42,788 nt of DNA, from the NCBI GenBank assembly GCA_964355745.1, contig CAYHEN010000002.1, positions 1 through 42,788 on the forward strand, given 5' to 3'. Both the position numbers and the translations under genes were made by a program. Below the pieces are notes generated by a model that was given only the letters and a program-made list of their open reading frames with translations, was not told the origin of the DNA and made no database searches. This stretch comes from Candidatus Woesearchaeota archaeon. Lineage in GTDB: Archaea > Nanobdellota > Nanobdellia > Pacearchaeales > GW2011-AR1. This document shows, piece after piece, positions 41,713 to 42,788 of this stretch (positions within the stretch are counted from its first letter, which is position 1; each line of letters begins with the position of its first letter).

Positions 41713-42264
41713 TTATTTTTTTAATAATAAAAATCCTACCAAACCAACAATGAAAAACAATATTCCTAATAAACCAGAGGTTGTTTTTGTTAAATTTAAA
41801 ACTATATTTCCTGTTGCTGTTAATGAATTAATACCCAATATAATTCCTCCAGAAATAAACAAAATACTAAACTTCATTGCAAGGTTTTTTCTCCCCCAAA
41901 CCCCTTTAGTATAATCTCTTTTTTGATTAGCAATTTCTCTAGGAAGAAAATATTCCTTTTCCGGACGTCTGCTGAAAGCAAATGGATTCTCTCCTATTAA
42001 TTTTCCGCCGGTTTTTTTTAATTGGCTAACGCGATAATGGTTAGCAATCTCTTTTGGCACATCTACAAATAGAATTTTGCCCGAGGGATATTCATTTTTA
42101 ATATACCATTCAGCTTCTTTTAAGTCATCAGTGAACCAACGACCACTAGCTTCTACATTTCTTTGATATTCTAAGGTTTGTTTTACCCAACTAGGAGCAG
42201 GAACACCTTCTTTACTGTCTCCTTTGCCTTCTGCACGGTATAATCTTATAATCTTTTTTACCAT
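41713..42264 (-). CDS. protein with an ADP-ribosyltransferase-like N-terminal motif pattern and two C-terminal TM helices
   Basis: RLYRAEG, GRWFT, EKEY; TM-TGNIV-TM C-terminus. Confidence 0.55.
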   Translation of the reverse strand: MVKKIIRLYRAEGKGDSKEGVPAPSWVKQTLEYQRNVEASGRWFTDDLKEAEWYIKNEYPSGKILFVDVPKEIANHYRVSQLKKTGGKLIGENPFAFSRRPEKEYFLPREIANQKRDYTKGVWGRKNLAMKFSILFISGGIILGINSLTATGNIVLNLTKTTSGLLGILFFIVGLVGFLLLKK

Positions 42265-42265
42265 T

Positions 42266-42788
42266 TTATATCTCTTTCTTATAACTGACAGAAGTCGGAG
42301 CTTCTCCGCCGTGCCATGTGAATCTCGGACGAACTCTCACAGGAAAAATTCTCTCTGAATTATCATCCAAGACTATTGCACTTCCTTTTAACGAAGGAAG
42401 TTCATTCATGTAAGTGCTTATTCCCTGCAGAAGATAATTCTGCATAATATAATTCAATGCTTCCAAATCTGGCTGGCTTGTAACCCTATGAGAAATTACA
42501 ATGTCTGATTGTGTCATAACATCTCTGTGAATCTGTCCTGGTTGCTGTGTTGCAAGAACAAGAGAAATTCCTGGCTGTCGTCCTTCTCTCAGCAACTGCA
42601 CAAGAGCATCTGTTGCAGCAGTTTTGCTGTTTAGTGGAAGAAATTCGTGCGCTTCATCTATAAAAATCCAAATCAAAGGATTTTCTTTTTTTTCTGAAAC
42701 AAAAGAGATATTAATTCCTCTTGAAACAGATTCTATTTCTTCTTTTTTTCTGGAATCCATTCTTTGATTAAAAATTTTTCTTGAGACC
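42266..42788 (-). CDS. HerA/FtsK-family ATPase, C-terminal part (5' end outside window)
   Basis: IFIDEAH Walker B, REGRQPG, LATQQP; frame open to the window edge. Confidence 0.88.
   Translation of the reverse strand, partial: VSRKIFNQRMDSRKKEEIESVSRGINISFVSEKKENPLIWIFIDEAHEFLPLNSKTAATDALVQLLREGRQPGISLVLATQQPGQIHRDVMTQSDIVISHRVTSQPDLEALNYIMQNYLLQGISTYMNELPSLKGSAIVLDDNSERIFPVRVRPRFTWHGGEAPTSVSYKKEI

Overview
An AT-rich archaeal chromosome segment, most likely DPANN (Pacearchaeota/Woesearchaeota-like). Support: a fused PriS-PriL primase, class I LysRS, an archaeosortase-family gene, a Methanococcus-type S-layer gene and archaeal TATA boxes. It carries a partial tRNA and information-processing genes (rpl37ae, rpoP, prefoldin beta, sepF, dph2, PCNA, intein-containing primase, histone-fold protein, lysS, RNase HI, trmY, cbf5, rpl31e, rpl39e, rps19e, HerA-like ATPase). 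A large cell-surface region holds the S-layer protein, five class III signal peptide (pilin-like) genes and Cys-rich surface proteins, interrupted by MNT-HEPN and MazEF toxin-antitoxin modules. Three signals stand out. (1) A dispersed family of short strand-specific hairpins with the architecture GA-[10 nt]-GA-loop-GA-[10 nt complement]-GA. The stems covary, several loops share TAATCCA, and copies sit between genes and in-frame inside pilin leader peptides. (2) An Hjc-like nuclease gene split by a 50-codon, internally deleted homing-endonuclease-like ORF that is missing from the ORF track. (3) A LAGLIDADG intein inserted at primase motif II. All calls come from reading the sequence by eye; no database searches were run.
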